A stretch of 64,000 bases of DNA from Minisyncoccota bacterium. Its GTDB lineage: Bacteria; Patescibacteriota; Minisyncoccia; Phycocordibacterales; UBA2100. The stretch is from positions 24,192 to 88,191 of the forward strand of contig DATDWX010000027.1 in the NCBI GenBank assembly GCA_036517335.1, read 5' to 3'. The notes below the pieces were generated by a model, which made no database searches, was not told where the DNA came from, and worked only from the letters and a program-made list of their open reading frames with translations. Positions 52,732 through 63,200 of the stretch are shown here, in pieces; positions within the stretch are counted from its first letter, which is position 1; the number at the start of each line of letters is the position of its first letter. Position numbers and translations under genes: made by a program.

Positions 52732-53436
52732 ATGATGGACCGCGGAGCGTTTGATTTACTCGATAAATTAGAGCGTACCTGGTGGTACCGTGGACGCAGC
52801 GAATCCGTGAGATCGGCACTTCTTCGTACGCACAGCGTACAGACAGAGGCGGTGCTTGATTTTGGCGCCGGGTTTGGCGGAATGTACGATACACTTGCCC
52901 GCTTCGGTACGCATATAGATGCGCTTGAGCCGGATGACGAAGCGAGGGTTGCAGCGAAGGCGCGGGGATATAGGCGCGTCTTTGCCTCAGACGCTGAAGT
53001 ATTCGCCACGCACTACGATCTCATAGGACTCTTCGATGTCGTGGAACACATCGAGCGAGATGGCGATTTCCTCGTGCGCATGCGCGAAGCGCTCAAAGAA
53101 GGAGGACGTCTCGCAATTACAGTACCGGCATTTCCATTTCTCTGGAGTATCCACGATGTTTCCCACGGTCATTTTAGAAGATATACAAAAGCTTCCCTGC
53201 GCGCTGTTGTGGAGGCATCAGGATATACCGTTGAATACATGAGCTACTGGAATATGAGCCTTTTTTTTCCCGCCGCCGCGCTGCGGCTACTTGGAAGGAG
53301 CGGAGAGAGTGCCGCATCTCTACCACGATGGCTCGATAACCTCTTTTTTGCAATTGTCAAAATAGAATCGAGCATCATGCGATTTGTACCGTTTCCTTTC
53401 GGAACGGGTCTTGTGGTGATCGCTCGGAGAAAATAG
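52732..53436 (+). CDS. class I SAM-dependent methyltransferase
   Basis: VLDFGAGFGGM motif I, and LKEGGRLAITVP. Confidence 0.65.
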   Translation: MMDRGAFDLLDKLERTWWYRGRSESVRSALLRTHSVQTEAVLDFGAGFGGMYDTLARFGTHIDALEPDDEARVAAKARGYRRVFASDAEVFATHYDLIGLFDVVEHIERDGDFLVRMREALKEGGRLAITVPAFPFLWSIHDVSHGHFRRYTKASLRAVVEASGYTVEYMSYWNMSLFFPAAALRLLGRSGESAASLPRWLDNLFFAIVKIESSIMRFVPFPFGTGLVVIARRK

Positions 53437-53514
53437 CATGATTTTCATGCCAAGCGGCTACCGATCTAGGGCGTTTGCTTCATACAAATGCTAGTGCTAG
53501 CATTGCAACAATGA

Positions 53515-53631
53515 ATCCCGTTAGAGGCCGCGGTCGCTCAGCGAATATCATTTACATGCATGTGGTCGAAATTACAAGAACGTCTAATCGCAGCTTGCGG
53601 GTAGCAGACCGCGACCTGCCTCTAACGGGAT
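53515..53631 (+). repeat. MITE-like, gene-less derivative of the GIY-YIG element (TIRs ATCCCGTTAGAGGC / GCCTCTAACGGGAT), encoding only a 40-aa ORF MNPVR...LPLTG
   Basis: It has the same 12-bp termini and the same ATGA / GGGATGAAATT junction context as 35632-35910. Its stop TGA overlaps the ATG of the downstream gene. Confidence 0.6.
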
Positions 53632-55909
53632 GAAATTTCTTGAGCAGACATTGCGCTCTATCGTCTTGTGTGGCGTTTTTGCCCTCCCAGTGGTCGCGCT
53701 TATCGTCGCCAACGAGCTTTTCTTCCCTTACATTACGGGCAAAAATTTTGCCTTCCGGATCATTGTCGAGATCATCACGGGCGCGTGGCTCGCCCTTGCG
53801 CTCGTCGTACCGAAGTGGCGCCCACGGCGCAGCTGGATTTTGGCGAGCTTTGCACTCTTTATATTCATAATGGCGCTGGCGGATGCGCTGGGCGCGTACC
53901 CGTTTAAGAGTTTTTGGAGCAACTACGAACGCATGGACGGCTTCATAACGATCGCGCATACGTTTGTGTACCTCGTGGTTCTGACCGCCGTGATGCAAAG
54001 CGAAAATCTTTGGCGCCGTTTGTTCCAATGGTCGCTCGTGGTTTCGGTATTTTTGAGCGTGCTCGGATTGCTGCAAGTAGCAGGTGTGCTCGCGCTTGGC
54101 TCCGGCGGCACGGGGCTCACGGGTCGTGTTGATGCGACGTTCGGCAATCCAATCTATTTTGCCGCCTACATGCTCTTCCATGTCTTCATCGGTATTCTGC
54201 TTTGGTATCAGATGTGGCAAGTACGCGGCAAAGGAAATAGACTCACCCCCTCTATATTTTACGGTTTTGTGATCGCGCTTGATACTGTGGCGCTCCTCCT
54301 CACCGGCACACGCGGCACGATGCTCGGCCTCATCGGCGGCGCATTTCTCACGCTCGTACTGCTCTCGATTGTCCCCGAGGCGCGTCGCTTGCGGCAGGTG
54401 ACTGCGATCGCTCTTGTAGCCCTGATCATCGGAGGCGGGGTGTTGTGGTCTGTGCGTGAAAGCGCGTTCATTCAGCGCATCGCTTTTTTGAACCGTCTCG
54501 CCTCGATCTCTCTGACTGACAACACGACGAAAGCACGCTTTTTCAACATGGGTATGGCTTGGCAGGGGGTAAAGGAGCGACCGCTCCTCGGCTGGGGGCA
54601 GGAGAACTACGCGGTCGTTTTCGACAAGTATTACGATCCACGAATGTACGGGCAAGAGCAGTGGTTTGATCGTGTGCACAATATCATCTTTGACTGGTGG
54701 GTTGCAGGAGGTTTTCTCGGACTTCTCGCCTACATCTCTATCTTTGTCGCAGCACTCTGGGCACTGTGGCGACCGAGCGTCGAGCGAGGAAGTACTGAAG
54801 CAAGCATGCTGAATGTGCGCAGAAGTCCTTCGGGTGTGGCGACCTTCACACACCCCGAGCGTAGCATTTTGACCGGACTGCTCGCCGCCTACACGGTGCA
54901 CAACATGACCGTCTTCGACAATGTGACGAGCTACATCCTCTTCGGAACGATTTTGGGCTACATTGCATACCGCGAGGCAGTGGCGCAAAGCGCGCACTCG
55001 ATTTTTGAGAAAGAATTTTTACCACGCGGCGCGCTCTCGATCGTGGCTGCCCTCGCAGCACTCGTCGTGTGGGGAGCAGCGTGGAGTATCAATACACACG
55101 CCTTCGCGGAGAACGAAAAAATCCTTGCCGCGTTGCAGCAGCGATCAGGTGGTCCCGCACAGAATCTCGCACTTTTCAAAGAGGCCATTAGCTACGGTAC
55201 CTATGGCGATCAAGAGGCACGTGAGCAACTCGCGCAGGTAGCAGCGCAGATCGCGGGAGCAGATGTGCCCGCCGACCTCAAAGCGCAATTTCGGGAGACC
55301 GCGGTACACGAACTTGATCTTCAGGCCGCGCAATCGCCCCTCGACGCACGCTTCCCGCTCTTTGCCGCGATGGTGCTTGGCGCGCACGGTGATTACGCCG
55401 CTGCAGCGACAAAATTGGAGCGCGCTCACGAGCTTTCGCCAAAGAAGCAAACGATACTGTTTGAGTTGGCCCAAAATGCAGGGCTGCGCGGCGATGTAAA
55501 CGCATCTCTCCAATATTTCAAGACGGCCTTTGAGCTCGAACCCGAGTATCTAAACGCGCGCATCTACTATGCCTCGGCATTGATCCGTGCGGGCAAAGAT
55601 GCCGACGCAGACGCCGTGCTTGCACCCATCATCCCCACGGGGGAGGCGGCGGACACACACATCACCGGCGCGTACGTTGCTCGCAAACAATTTGGTAAAC
55701 TGATCCCCATCTGGCAGGCGCGCATCGCCGTGTCTCCATCCGACGCGCAGGCGTATTTCACCCTAGCCGCTGCCTACTTCGAGTCTGGTGATACTGCGCA
55801 TGCGATTGCGACACTGGAGAAAGCAGGATCCCTCGACCCGGCCGTGAAAGAGCAGGCAGACAAGTATATTTTGGATATTCGGAGCGGGGTACTTAAGCCG
55901 GGGCAGTAA
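53630..55909 (+). CDS. Wzy_C-family (O-antigen ligase / O-oligosaccharyltransferase-like) membrane protein with C-terminal TPR repeats
   Basis: About 400-aa polytopic N-terminal region with ...GTRGTMLGLIGG... and the periplasmic loop typical of Wzy_C. The C-terminal 300 aa are Ala-rich TPR-like helices. Confidence 0.6.
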   Translation: MKFLEQTLRSIVLCGVFALPVVALIVANELFFPYITGKNFAFRIIVEIITGAWLALALVVPKWRPRRSWILASFALFIFIMALADALGAYPFKSFWSNYERMDGFITIAHTFVYLVVLTAVMQSENLWRRLFQWSLVVSVFLSVLGLLQVAGVLALGSGGTGLTGRVDATFGNPIYFAAYMLFHVFIGILLWYQMWQVRGKGNRLTPSIFYGFVIALDTVALLLTGTRGTMLGLIGGAFLTLVLLSIVPEARRLRQVTAIALVALIIGGGVLWSVRESAFIQRIAFLNRLASISLTDNTTKARFFNMGMAWQGVKERPLLGWGQENYAVVFDKYYDPRMYGQEQWFDRVHNIIFDWWVAGGFLGLLAYISIFVAALWALWRPSVERGSTEASMLNVRRSPSGVATFTHPERSILTGLLAAYTVHNMTVFDNVTSYILFGTILGYIAYREAVAQSAHSIFEKEFLPRGALSIVAALAALVVWGAAWSINTHAFAENEKILAALQQRSGGPAQNLALFKEAISYGTYGDQEAREQLAQVAAQIAGADVPADLKAQFRETAVHELDLQAAQSPLDARFPLFAAMVLGAHGDYAAAATKLERAHELSPKKQTILFELAQNAGLRGDVNASLQYFKTAFELEPEYLNARIYYASALIRAGKDADADAVLAPIIPTGEAADTHITGAYVARKQFGKLIPIWQARIAVSPSDAQAYFTLAAAYFESGDTAHAIATLEKAGSLDPAVKEQADKYILDIRSGVLKPGQ

Positions 55910-56358
55910 ACGTCCCTGTCAAAAAAGGCGCAATGCGGAGGACGGGTGCGAGCTCCAAAGTGAAAGTCATTGTGAGTGCCGCCGCCCTCCGCGCTGCGCC
56001 CTTCGTAGTCTCGACGAAGTAGGGCTGCGCCCTGCAGTCCAGAGTAGCATACAAACTGAGTGCCGCCCGTAAGGGCGGCACTTCAGCGACTTTCTTCGAG
56101 AGCCACACATTAGTGACACTCACACTAAGATTATAAACCCCGTGCGTTTCTACGCAAGCGTGCGTCGTGTATGGGTGCAAGAAAAATAAAATCAATGGTT
56201 AAAAAATAATTTCAAAATAAAAGATTGCGCGCGAAGAAAAGTTATCCCCATATTCAATGTCGATTCACACAATTCTAGCGCAGCGATGCAATAATTATGA
56301 AAACGCATCACTGACTTGTGCGTGCGGGTCGAGATTACCACCAACAATTTTTTTATCG

Positions 56359-56403
56359 TATGGCAAAAAAGAAAAAGGCGAAGAAGGCAAAAAAGCGCCG
56401 CTA
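56359..56403 (+). other. tiny 14-codon Lys-rich ORF (MAKKKKAKKAKKRR) followed by an intrinsic-terminator-like hairpin
   Basis: ATG...TAG read directly from the sequence. Coding status is unknown. Confidence 0.15.
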
Positions 56404-56432
56404 GTGGTTTTTCCGACTCGGAAAACGAAATG

Positions 56433-56458
56433 ATCCCCCATGAGGGGGATTGTTTCTT
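56433..56458 (+). terminator. putative Rho-independent terminator
   Basis: ATCCCCC-ATGA-GGGGGAT stem-loop followed by TGTTTCTT. Confidence 0.4.
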
Positions 56459-56496
56459 AGCACACATCTGAATAACATCGATGGTATGATGGGATC

Positions 56497-57654
56497 ATGC
56501 CAGTGCAAGGGAGCGATCCAGCACCACATAGCCGAGACATACTTATTGGCAGCACATCTATAGTGGTTCTACTTTTCGTGCTCATCGGAGGCCTATTCCT
56601 TTTGAGAGGAACAACGTTCGTGATAGATGAGCCCGCGCCACCAGCAGAAGATGTATACGAAGCGGCGCTGAACACAGGAGAAGACCTGCGCCCTGATTCG
56701 AACACCCTACAGGTCAGTGCCGACCTAAACTCGAAGCTCGTAAGACAAGAGACGGTCAGACTCCATTGGGGAGATGTAGAAAGGATCAGTTGGTATCAAC
56801 TCGAACGATTGATGGAAGGGAAATTCAAGGATAAGAATCTCACACTCATCATTTTTCATACCCAAGAAGCTTCTATGTTTGTTATTACGGATGACACAGA
56901 AAAAATCGTCGCCTGGGATAAGTCAATGATATTCAACTGCGCGGTAATGGGGGAGTGCGTCTATGAAGATCCAGCAGTTGAAAAGGTACTTGACCTGTCG
57001 AATGCTGAGGAAATGGTCATTACCGATGTTCCGCCTGAATTGCACTTTTGGAAATATTTTCAGTCGCGAGAAAATAAAGCGGACTTTATAACGCTAAGCA
57101 TCTACTACTCTTTAGATGAGTTTCCAACGTTAACAACGAAAATTGACACATCGCCGAGTGGTTTTGGTATTTTTCGGATCCCCTCTGAGATATCAGCTGG
57201 CCACTTCATGGAAGGTAATGGGTATGTAGTCTACCTGCCATTTGGTGCAATTGGAGATTTGCATTTAAATCCATATTTTATATCAAAGAAATATCCATAC
57301 CCATTGAGTATTTCCTGGTTGACAGGAAGCTCCACCGTAGCTTCATACTTGGACCTCGACCAACAGTATTTTGCTTGCGGCAAAGTGACATTCTCACAAA
57401 TCAAAGCATTTCTTGTGAAAACTGGCGAGACGCAATCCGGAGATCCGCTTTATGAAGTGAGTCCATCGCAGAGGGATTTTTATCAATGCCTGTACAAACA
57501 CGCCACTTCATATGCGTCGTGGAACCGTAGCGCGGCATATACCTACGATGAGCTATTGCAGATTCATCCCGTCTTTTTCTGGCAAAATCGCTATGGAGAT
57601 TGGTCCGGATTTGGCAGGGATGACGTGATTTCTTCTACTCTCGGTCATGACTAA
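56497..57654 (+). CDS. hypothetical membrane-anchored protein, compositionally AT-shifted
   Basis: 385 aa with an N-terminal TM helix (IGSTSIVVLLFVLIGGLFLL). No recognisable domain. GC is clearly lower than in neighbouring genes. Confidence 0.4.
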   Translation: MPVQGSDPAPHSRDILIGSTSIVVLLFVLIGGLFLLRGTTFVIDEPAPPAEDVYEAALNTGEDLRPDSNTLQVSADLNSKLVRQETVRLHWGDVERISWYQLERLMEGKFKDKNLTLIIFHTQEASMFVITDDTEKIVAWDKSMIFNCAVMGECVYEDPAVEKVLDLSNAEEMVITDVPPELHFWKYFQSRENKADFITLSIYYSLDEFPTLTTKIDTSPSGFGIFRIPSEISAGHFMEGNGYVVYLPFGAIGDLHLNPYFISKKYPYPLSISWLTGSSTVASYLDLDQQYFACGKVTFSQIKAFLVKTGETQSGDPLYEVSPSQRDFYQCLYKHATSYASWNRSAAYTYDELLQIHPVFFWQNRYGDWSGFGRDDVISSTLGHD

Positions 57655-57706
57655 CTCCTCAGAGTTTTTATCGCAAAGAGGGGCAATTTAGGGTAGGATT
57701 GGCGGA

Positions 57707-60202
57707 ATGAGTTTCTGGAGCGGACTTTTTGGGAACGATAATAGTGGTGCCTTGAAGCGGGCGGAGCCTATTATTGCTGCCACAAATGTGCTTGGGGAGG
57801 AGATGCGCGCGCTGTCCGATGAAGCGCTGAAGGCAAAGACTGCTGATTTTAAAGCGCGGTTAGCGACCGGAGAAGGGCTGGACGCGCTCGCACCGGAGGC
57901 CTTCGCTGCCGTACGCGAAGCCTCGCGCCGTACGCTCGGGCAGCGGCACTTCGACGTACAACTCCTTGGCGGCCTCGTGCTTCACCAAGGCAATATCGCC
58001 GAGATGCGCACCGGTGAGGGGAAAACGCTCGTCGCCACCCTCCCGGCATACCTCAACGCGCTCACTGGCGAGGGTGTACACGTGGTGACGGTCAACGACT
58101 ACCTCTCGCGCCGCGATGCGGTGTGGATGGGGCAGATCTACCACGCGCTCGGTATGAGCGTGGGCGTATTGAATCACGAGTCGTCATTTCTTTACGATCC
58201 TTCGCACGTCTCTACCGAATCCCTGGCGCAGGAGGAAGCTTCGGTGGACATCACGGGAAGTTTCAAGGTGATGCACGATTTCTTGCGGCCAGTTTCGCGC
58301 TCTGAAGCCTACGCCGCCGACATTACGTATGGCACCAACAACGAGTTCGGTTTCGACTACCTTCGCGACAATCTAGAATACGAAAGCTCCAGTCTTCGCC
58401 AAGCCCGCGGGTATCATTTTGCTATCGTAGACGAGATCGACTCTATTTTGATAGATGAGGCACGAACGCCTCTCATTATCTCTGCGCCGGTTTCCGACGC
58501 GGGGGCGCTCTACGGCCAATTCGTGCAGATCGCAAACACACTTACGCCAGAAGAGGACTACACGGTTGATGAGAAGCATAAGCAAATATCCCTGACAGAT
58601 GCGGGCATCGAAAAAGCGGAAAAAGCGCTTGGAGTGGAAAATATTTACACCGATGCCGGTATCAAATACGTCCATCATCTCGAAACGGCTGTGCGCGCCA
58701 AGGCGCTCTATGAGCGCGATAAGGCATATGTAGTACGTGACGGGCAGGTGGTGATCGTGGATGAGTTTACCGGTCGCATGCAACCGGGGAGGCGCTGGAG
58801 TGAAGGCCTGCATCAGGCGATCGAGGCCAAAGAAGGTGTAGCCGTGCAGCAGGAATCGCGCACGTTTGCTTCGATTACATTTCAAAATTACTTTCGCCTC
58901 TATGGCAAGCTCGCTGGTATGACGGGCACCGCGGCCACCTCATCGGAAGAGTTTTACAAAGTGTATGGTCTTAATACCGTCATCATTCCCACCAACAAGT
59001 CCCAGGCGCGTGCCGATCGAGATGATCTGATATTTCAGACAGAAGATGGAAAAATGCGCGCTATCGCGAGGAGAGTGAAGGAACTTCACGACAAAGGGCA
59101 ACCAGCACTCGTTGGTACTGCATCAGTTGAGCGCAACGAACTTCTCTCGTCGTACTTTAGACAAGAGGGGATTCCGCATGAAATATTGAATGCCAAGAAT
59201 CACGAACGAGAAGGGGAGATCATCGCACAGGCAGGTCGCAAGAGTGCAGTCACGATCGCGACCAATATGGCAGGCCGTGGCGTCGATATTAAGCTCGGTG
59301 GCAATCCTGGGAGCGATGCGGAGTATGAGGAAGTAAAGAAATTTGGCGGCCTCTTCGTGCTCGGGACGGAGCGGCATGAGGCACGTCGCATAGACAACCA
59401 GCTTCGTGGCCGCTCCGGCCGCCAGGGCGATCCCGGGGAGACGCAATTCTTCGTGTCGCTGGAAGATTCACTCATGCGCGTCTTTGCATCCGACGTCATC
59501 AAGCGCGTGATGGGCACGTTCAAGATCCCAGAAGACGAGCCCATTCACAATTCGATGATCACGCGTGCTCTTGAAAAGGCACAAACTCGCATTGAGGAAT
59601 TAAATTTCGATGCGCGCAAACACGTACTTTCGTACGATGATGTGTTGAACATCCAGCGTCAGAGTATCTATAGTCGACGGCGAACGTTGCTAACGGGTGG
59701 TACTGCCGATATTGACGCCGAGCTTGATCGGATTTTCGCGGAGAAGGGAATAATGGGCGAAATGGGGGAAAGGGGAGAGCAATTCTATGCCGCGACACGT
59801 CGATTTCTTCTGCAAACGATTGATTCACTCTGGGTCGAGCATCTTGAGGCGATGGAATATTTAAGGAGCAGCGTGAATTTGCGTGCGTATGGCCAACGCG
59901 ATCCATTGGTCGAATACAAAAAAGAAGGCCTCAAGTTGTTCCAAGGAATGGAGGAGACATATAAGCTGCATGTGGTGCAAATGCTCCCCAATGTCCTCTC
60001 GGGGGGTATCTCCATGCCACAGGAGAATAGGGTTATCAACAAGGCCGTACAAGTCATCACCGCCGTGAACTCGCCAGCCGCGAAAAGGGAATATGGGCGA
60101 AATGACCGAGTGCGAATTACCAACGGGATCGAGGAGCAGGAGATGAAATACAAAAAAGCCGAATCACTCCTCAAGAGTGGACAATGGCGCATTGTCGTTT
60201 AG
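57707..60202 (+). CDS. secA: preprotein translocase ATPase SecA
   Basis: LHQGNIAEMRTGEGKTLVATLPAYLNALTGEGVHVVTVNDYLSRRDA, and the DEAD-like motor motifs (DEIDSILIDEARTPLIIS). 831 aa. Confidence 0.9.
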   Translation: MSFWSGLFGNDNSGALKRAEPIIAATNVLGEEMRALSDEALKAKTADFKARLATGEGLDALAPEAFAAVREASRRTLGQRHFDVQLLGGLVLHQGNIAEMRTGEGKTLVATLPAYLNALTGEGVHVVTVNDYLSRRDAVWMGQIYHALGMSVGVLNHESSFLYDPSHVSTESLAQEEASVDITGSFKVMHDFLRPVSRSEAYAADITYGTNNEFGFDYLRDNLEYESSSLRQARGYHFAIVDEIDSILIDEARTPLIISAPVSDAGALYGQFVQIANTLTPEEDYTVDEKHKQISLTDAGIEKAEKALGVENIYTDAGIKYVHHLETAVRAKALYERDKAYVVRDGQVVIVDEFTGRMQPGRRWSEGLHQAIEAKEGVAVQQESRTFASITFQNYFRLYGKLAGMTGTAATSSEEFYKVYGLNTVIIPTNKSQARADRDDLIFQTEDGKMRAIARRVKELHDKGQPALVGTASVERNELLSSYFRQEGIPHEILNAKNHEREGEIIAQAGRKSAVTIATNMAGRGVDIKLGGNPGSDAEYEEVKKFGGLFVLGTERHEARRIDNQLRGRSGRQGDPGETQFFVSLEDSLMRVFASDVIKRVMGTFKIPEDEPIHNSMITRALEKAQTRIEELNFDARKHVLSYDDVLNIQRQSIYSRRRTLLTGGTADIDAELDRIFAEKGIMGEMGERGEQFYAATRRFLLQTIDSLWVEHLEAMEYLRSSVNLRAYGQRDPLVEYKKEGLKLFQGMEETYKLHVVQMLPNVLSGGISMPQENRVINKAVQVITAVNSPAAKREYGRNDRVRITNGIEEQEMKYKKAESLLKSGQWRIVV

Positions 60203-63200
60203 AGGATCCGCTGTTGTACTCGTACTCGTGCTATCCTCTGGCGTCGTGGTCGTCTCGGGCTCCGTTGAGCCGCTTGTGGCGGGCGTAGTCGAACTAGTCG
60301 AATCCGTCGTGGTACTCGTGTCCGTCGGTGTGGGATCGAGGGTTGGATCGGTCTGCGGTAAGCTCGTCGAATCCGGTGCCGGGGCGGGGTTTGGGTCTAC
60401 CACTTCCACTGTACGGGTCGTGGTGCCCACATTTCCCGCAGCATCGGTCGCACTGTATTCAATAGTATGTGTGCCTGCCACAGATGTGTCAATCGTTATC
60501 TGGTCGAGCGTGATCGAAGCTCCTCCATCCACCGAAGCGTGGATGCCGAGGTTTTGGTCTATATCGTCGGAAACGCTCGCGCCCAGATCTACATACGAGT
60601 CGCCGACATTAATGGTGGCTGGGTTGTTGCCGTTGACGGAAAGTACCGGTGGGCTGCTTGCACTGTCGCTTGCGGAGCTCGTCACGCTTGTCGGCGTCGT
60701 GGATGCGGAATCGGCGCTGCTCGAGCTGGCAGCCGAGAGCATCGCCTGCAGTTGGGACTTGGTCACGCAGACGTCATCCAAACAGAGTTTTTTGGCAGTA
60801 ATCGTATCAGCGCTGACGTTAACGGCGGTTATATTCTTCGCGAAAAGATCCTCGATGCCATTGGCCGCACTGGCCAACCATTCTGTGATTCGCGAGAAGA
60901 GGCTCTGGATGAAACCTTGCGCGTACAGATCCGCTGTCGAAGTCGCGGAGGTCGAGGTGGCGTCCGTCGTTGTTGCGTTATAACTTAGGGTGTCGGCCAG
61001 GGAGCCGAGGCGCGACGCGATCGCATTCATCATCCCACCGACAAAGTCTAGCGGACCAGCCTGGTTGGTGGACGTGGCGGAAGTCGCGCTGGTGCCAGAT
61101 AGTCCGACAAAGGCATTCGGCCCTAGGAGGACAAACGCGATAGCATTGATATCGGTCCCTTTTTGCAAATTCATAAAGATCATGACCGTCCCTCCGTCTG
61201 CCTGTGGTGAGCCAGTTGAATCCGTCGAACCAGCGTAATTATCTATTGCAATACCCACGGAATCATCGAATGGCCCTGCCTTCTTGCCCACTCCGGGTAC
61301 GCTCGAGACAGCGATCCGATCGCCGATCGCGATCGGCCCGTTCTCCAGGTTGACCTTCACCGGCACACGGCCGGAGAGTGCTATAGGTCGCTCACCTGTC
61401 GCATTTTGATCGCCGAGTACCTGTCCTGGAAGAGTGGAGATGACACCCGCAAGCGGCGCGCCGTCACTTGCGATAGCCAGCTTCATCGAGACGGGGATTC
61501 CCCTGTCAACTGCCACAATATCTCCCGCGCCCATTAGGGGATTGGAAACGGGGAACATTTCCGCATAGTCATTGCCCGCAGCACTCGGGCTCGAGGTCGC
61601 GTAAATAGTGATGACGATGCCGCCGACTGCACCCGCGCCTCCGGCCAATGTGCCAGCCGCACCACCCGCACCACCCGCACCGACGGCAAGTTTACTCGCC
61701 GTAAGAACGGAAGTACTCGCGACGTTTTGCGAATACGCACCACCACCACCAGAGCCTGCAGAATTGCCATTAGCGGCTCTTGGGCCACTACCACCACCGC
61801 CTGGTGATCCCCCTGTGACACCCGCAGTCCCGGGAACGGTCGGCAGTCCAGCGCCGGCACCACCTCTAGGAGAGTCTCCTCCGCCCCGGACAGCGACGCC
61901 GGGGGTGCCGCCCGTTTCGCCCGCCTGACCGTTTAGGTTCACAGAACCTAAGGATGCAGTTCCCCCAGCGCCCCCTGCTCCGACGCCATCACCCAATGTA
62001 CCACCACCACCACCACCTGCCTTAATAAGCGCGCTTGCACACGCGACCGTACCCTGGGCATAACAGCTGGCAGCTCCGGTCGCGCCATTGTTTGTCGCCT
62101 GTGCGCCCCCGCCCCCGCCCCCGCCCCACCCCTCCACCACATAGTACGCGACGTTGCCCTGAAGGGTGAGTGTGCCTGCACTGAAGCTCGGGTTGCTGTT
62201 CCCTGCACCCGTGAACTGCACGGTAGTGGTACCCGCGGTAGATGTCGCATAGATCGCGGAGAGCTTCGTGATGTACCCGATACAGGCGTTGTTGATAGCA
62301 AAGCACCCCTTTGTGATATTTATGCCACCGCTGAATGTCGTCGTAGCCGCAGCGCCAAATGTGATCGCGCCGTTGGGATCGATCGCTATTGCTGCAGTCG
62401 TGGAGGTGGCGGAGTACGAGGAAGTGGCAACATAGAGAGTATTTCCGATATTACGCAGCGTCCATGCATTTGATGACGCAGTGGTATCAACGAGCGCGAG
62501 CTGCGGACCGGTACTTGAAGCGATGGTAAGGGTCCACTTAGGGGTTGTGGTGCCGATGCCGACATTGCCGGAGGAGTCGATAACAAGACGAGTCGCATTT
62601 GTTCCGGCCGTACGATCAGCGATGGCGAACTTGCCGGCTCCGATAGCAGTATTGCCCGATCCTGTACTCAAAATGCTCCAATCACGGCCGTCGTAACTTG
62701 TATTGCCCGTAAAGAGAAGCTGTGGTCCGTTTGTATCTGTGCTTGCGATCACCGCATGGATCGCGTTGCTGTTGTAGCTCACTCCAGCGCTTTGCACGGC
62801 GAATGTCGCGATTGGACTCGTCGTCCCGATGCCGACATTGCCCCCGCTCGTTATGCGGAATTTTTCCGCATCGCTTCCCGCCGAATCTGTTCGTACGACA
62901 AAATCGCCCGTTGTATTGCCGCCGTTGCGGGCGAATCCGATGCCACCAAGACCGAAGCCATCGACGCTGGGGTCAGAGACGTAAAAACGCAGGAGCGGTG
63001 TGAGTCCGTCCGCATTTGCGCCGGTGCTCTTGGCGTAAAGTTCCTGCGAGCGGACGGTACTGTTGGTAATGGTCGTATTGGTCACGAATTGCGCGGCCGT
63101 CACGTCGGTGGCGCTGCTCACGACCAGGGCACGATTCGGCGTCGTCGTGCCGATGCCGACTCTTTTAAGATAGTCAATGCGCATTGCTTCAGATAATGCC

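Noticed and set aside
55893-56467. ORFs 55893..56195- and 56192..56467- in the long intergenic region
   Set aside because: They have no recognisable motifs and an odd composition. The region is better explained as non-coding, possibly a structured RNA.
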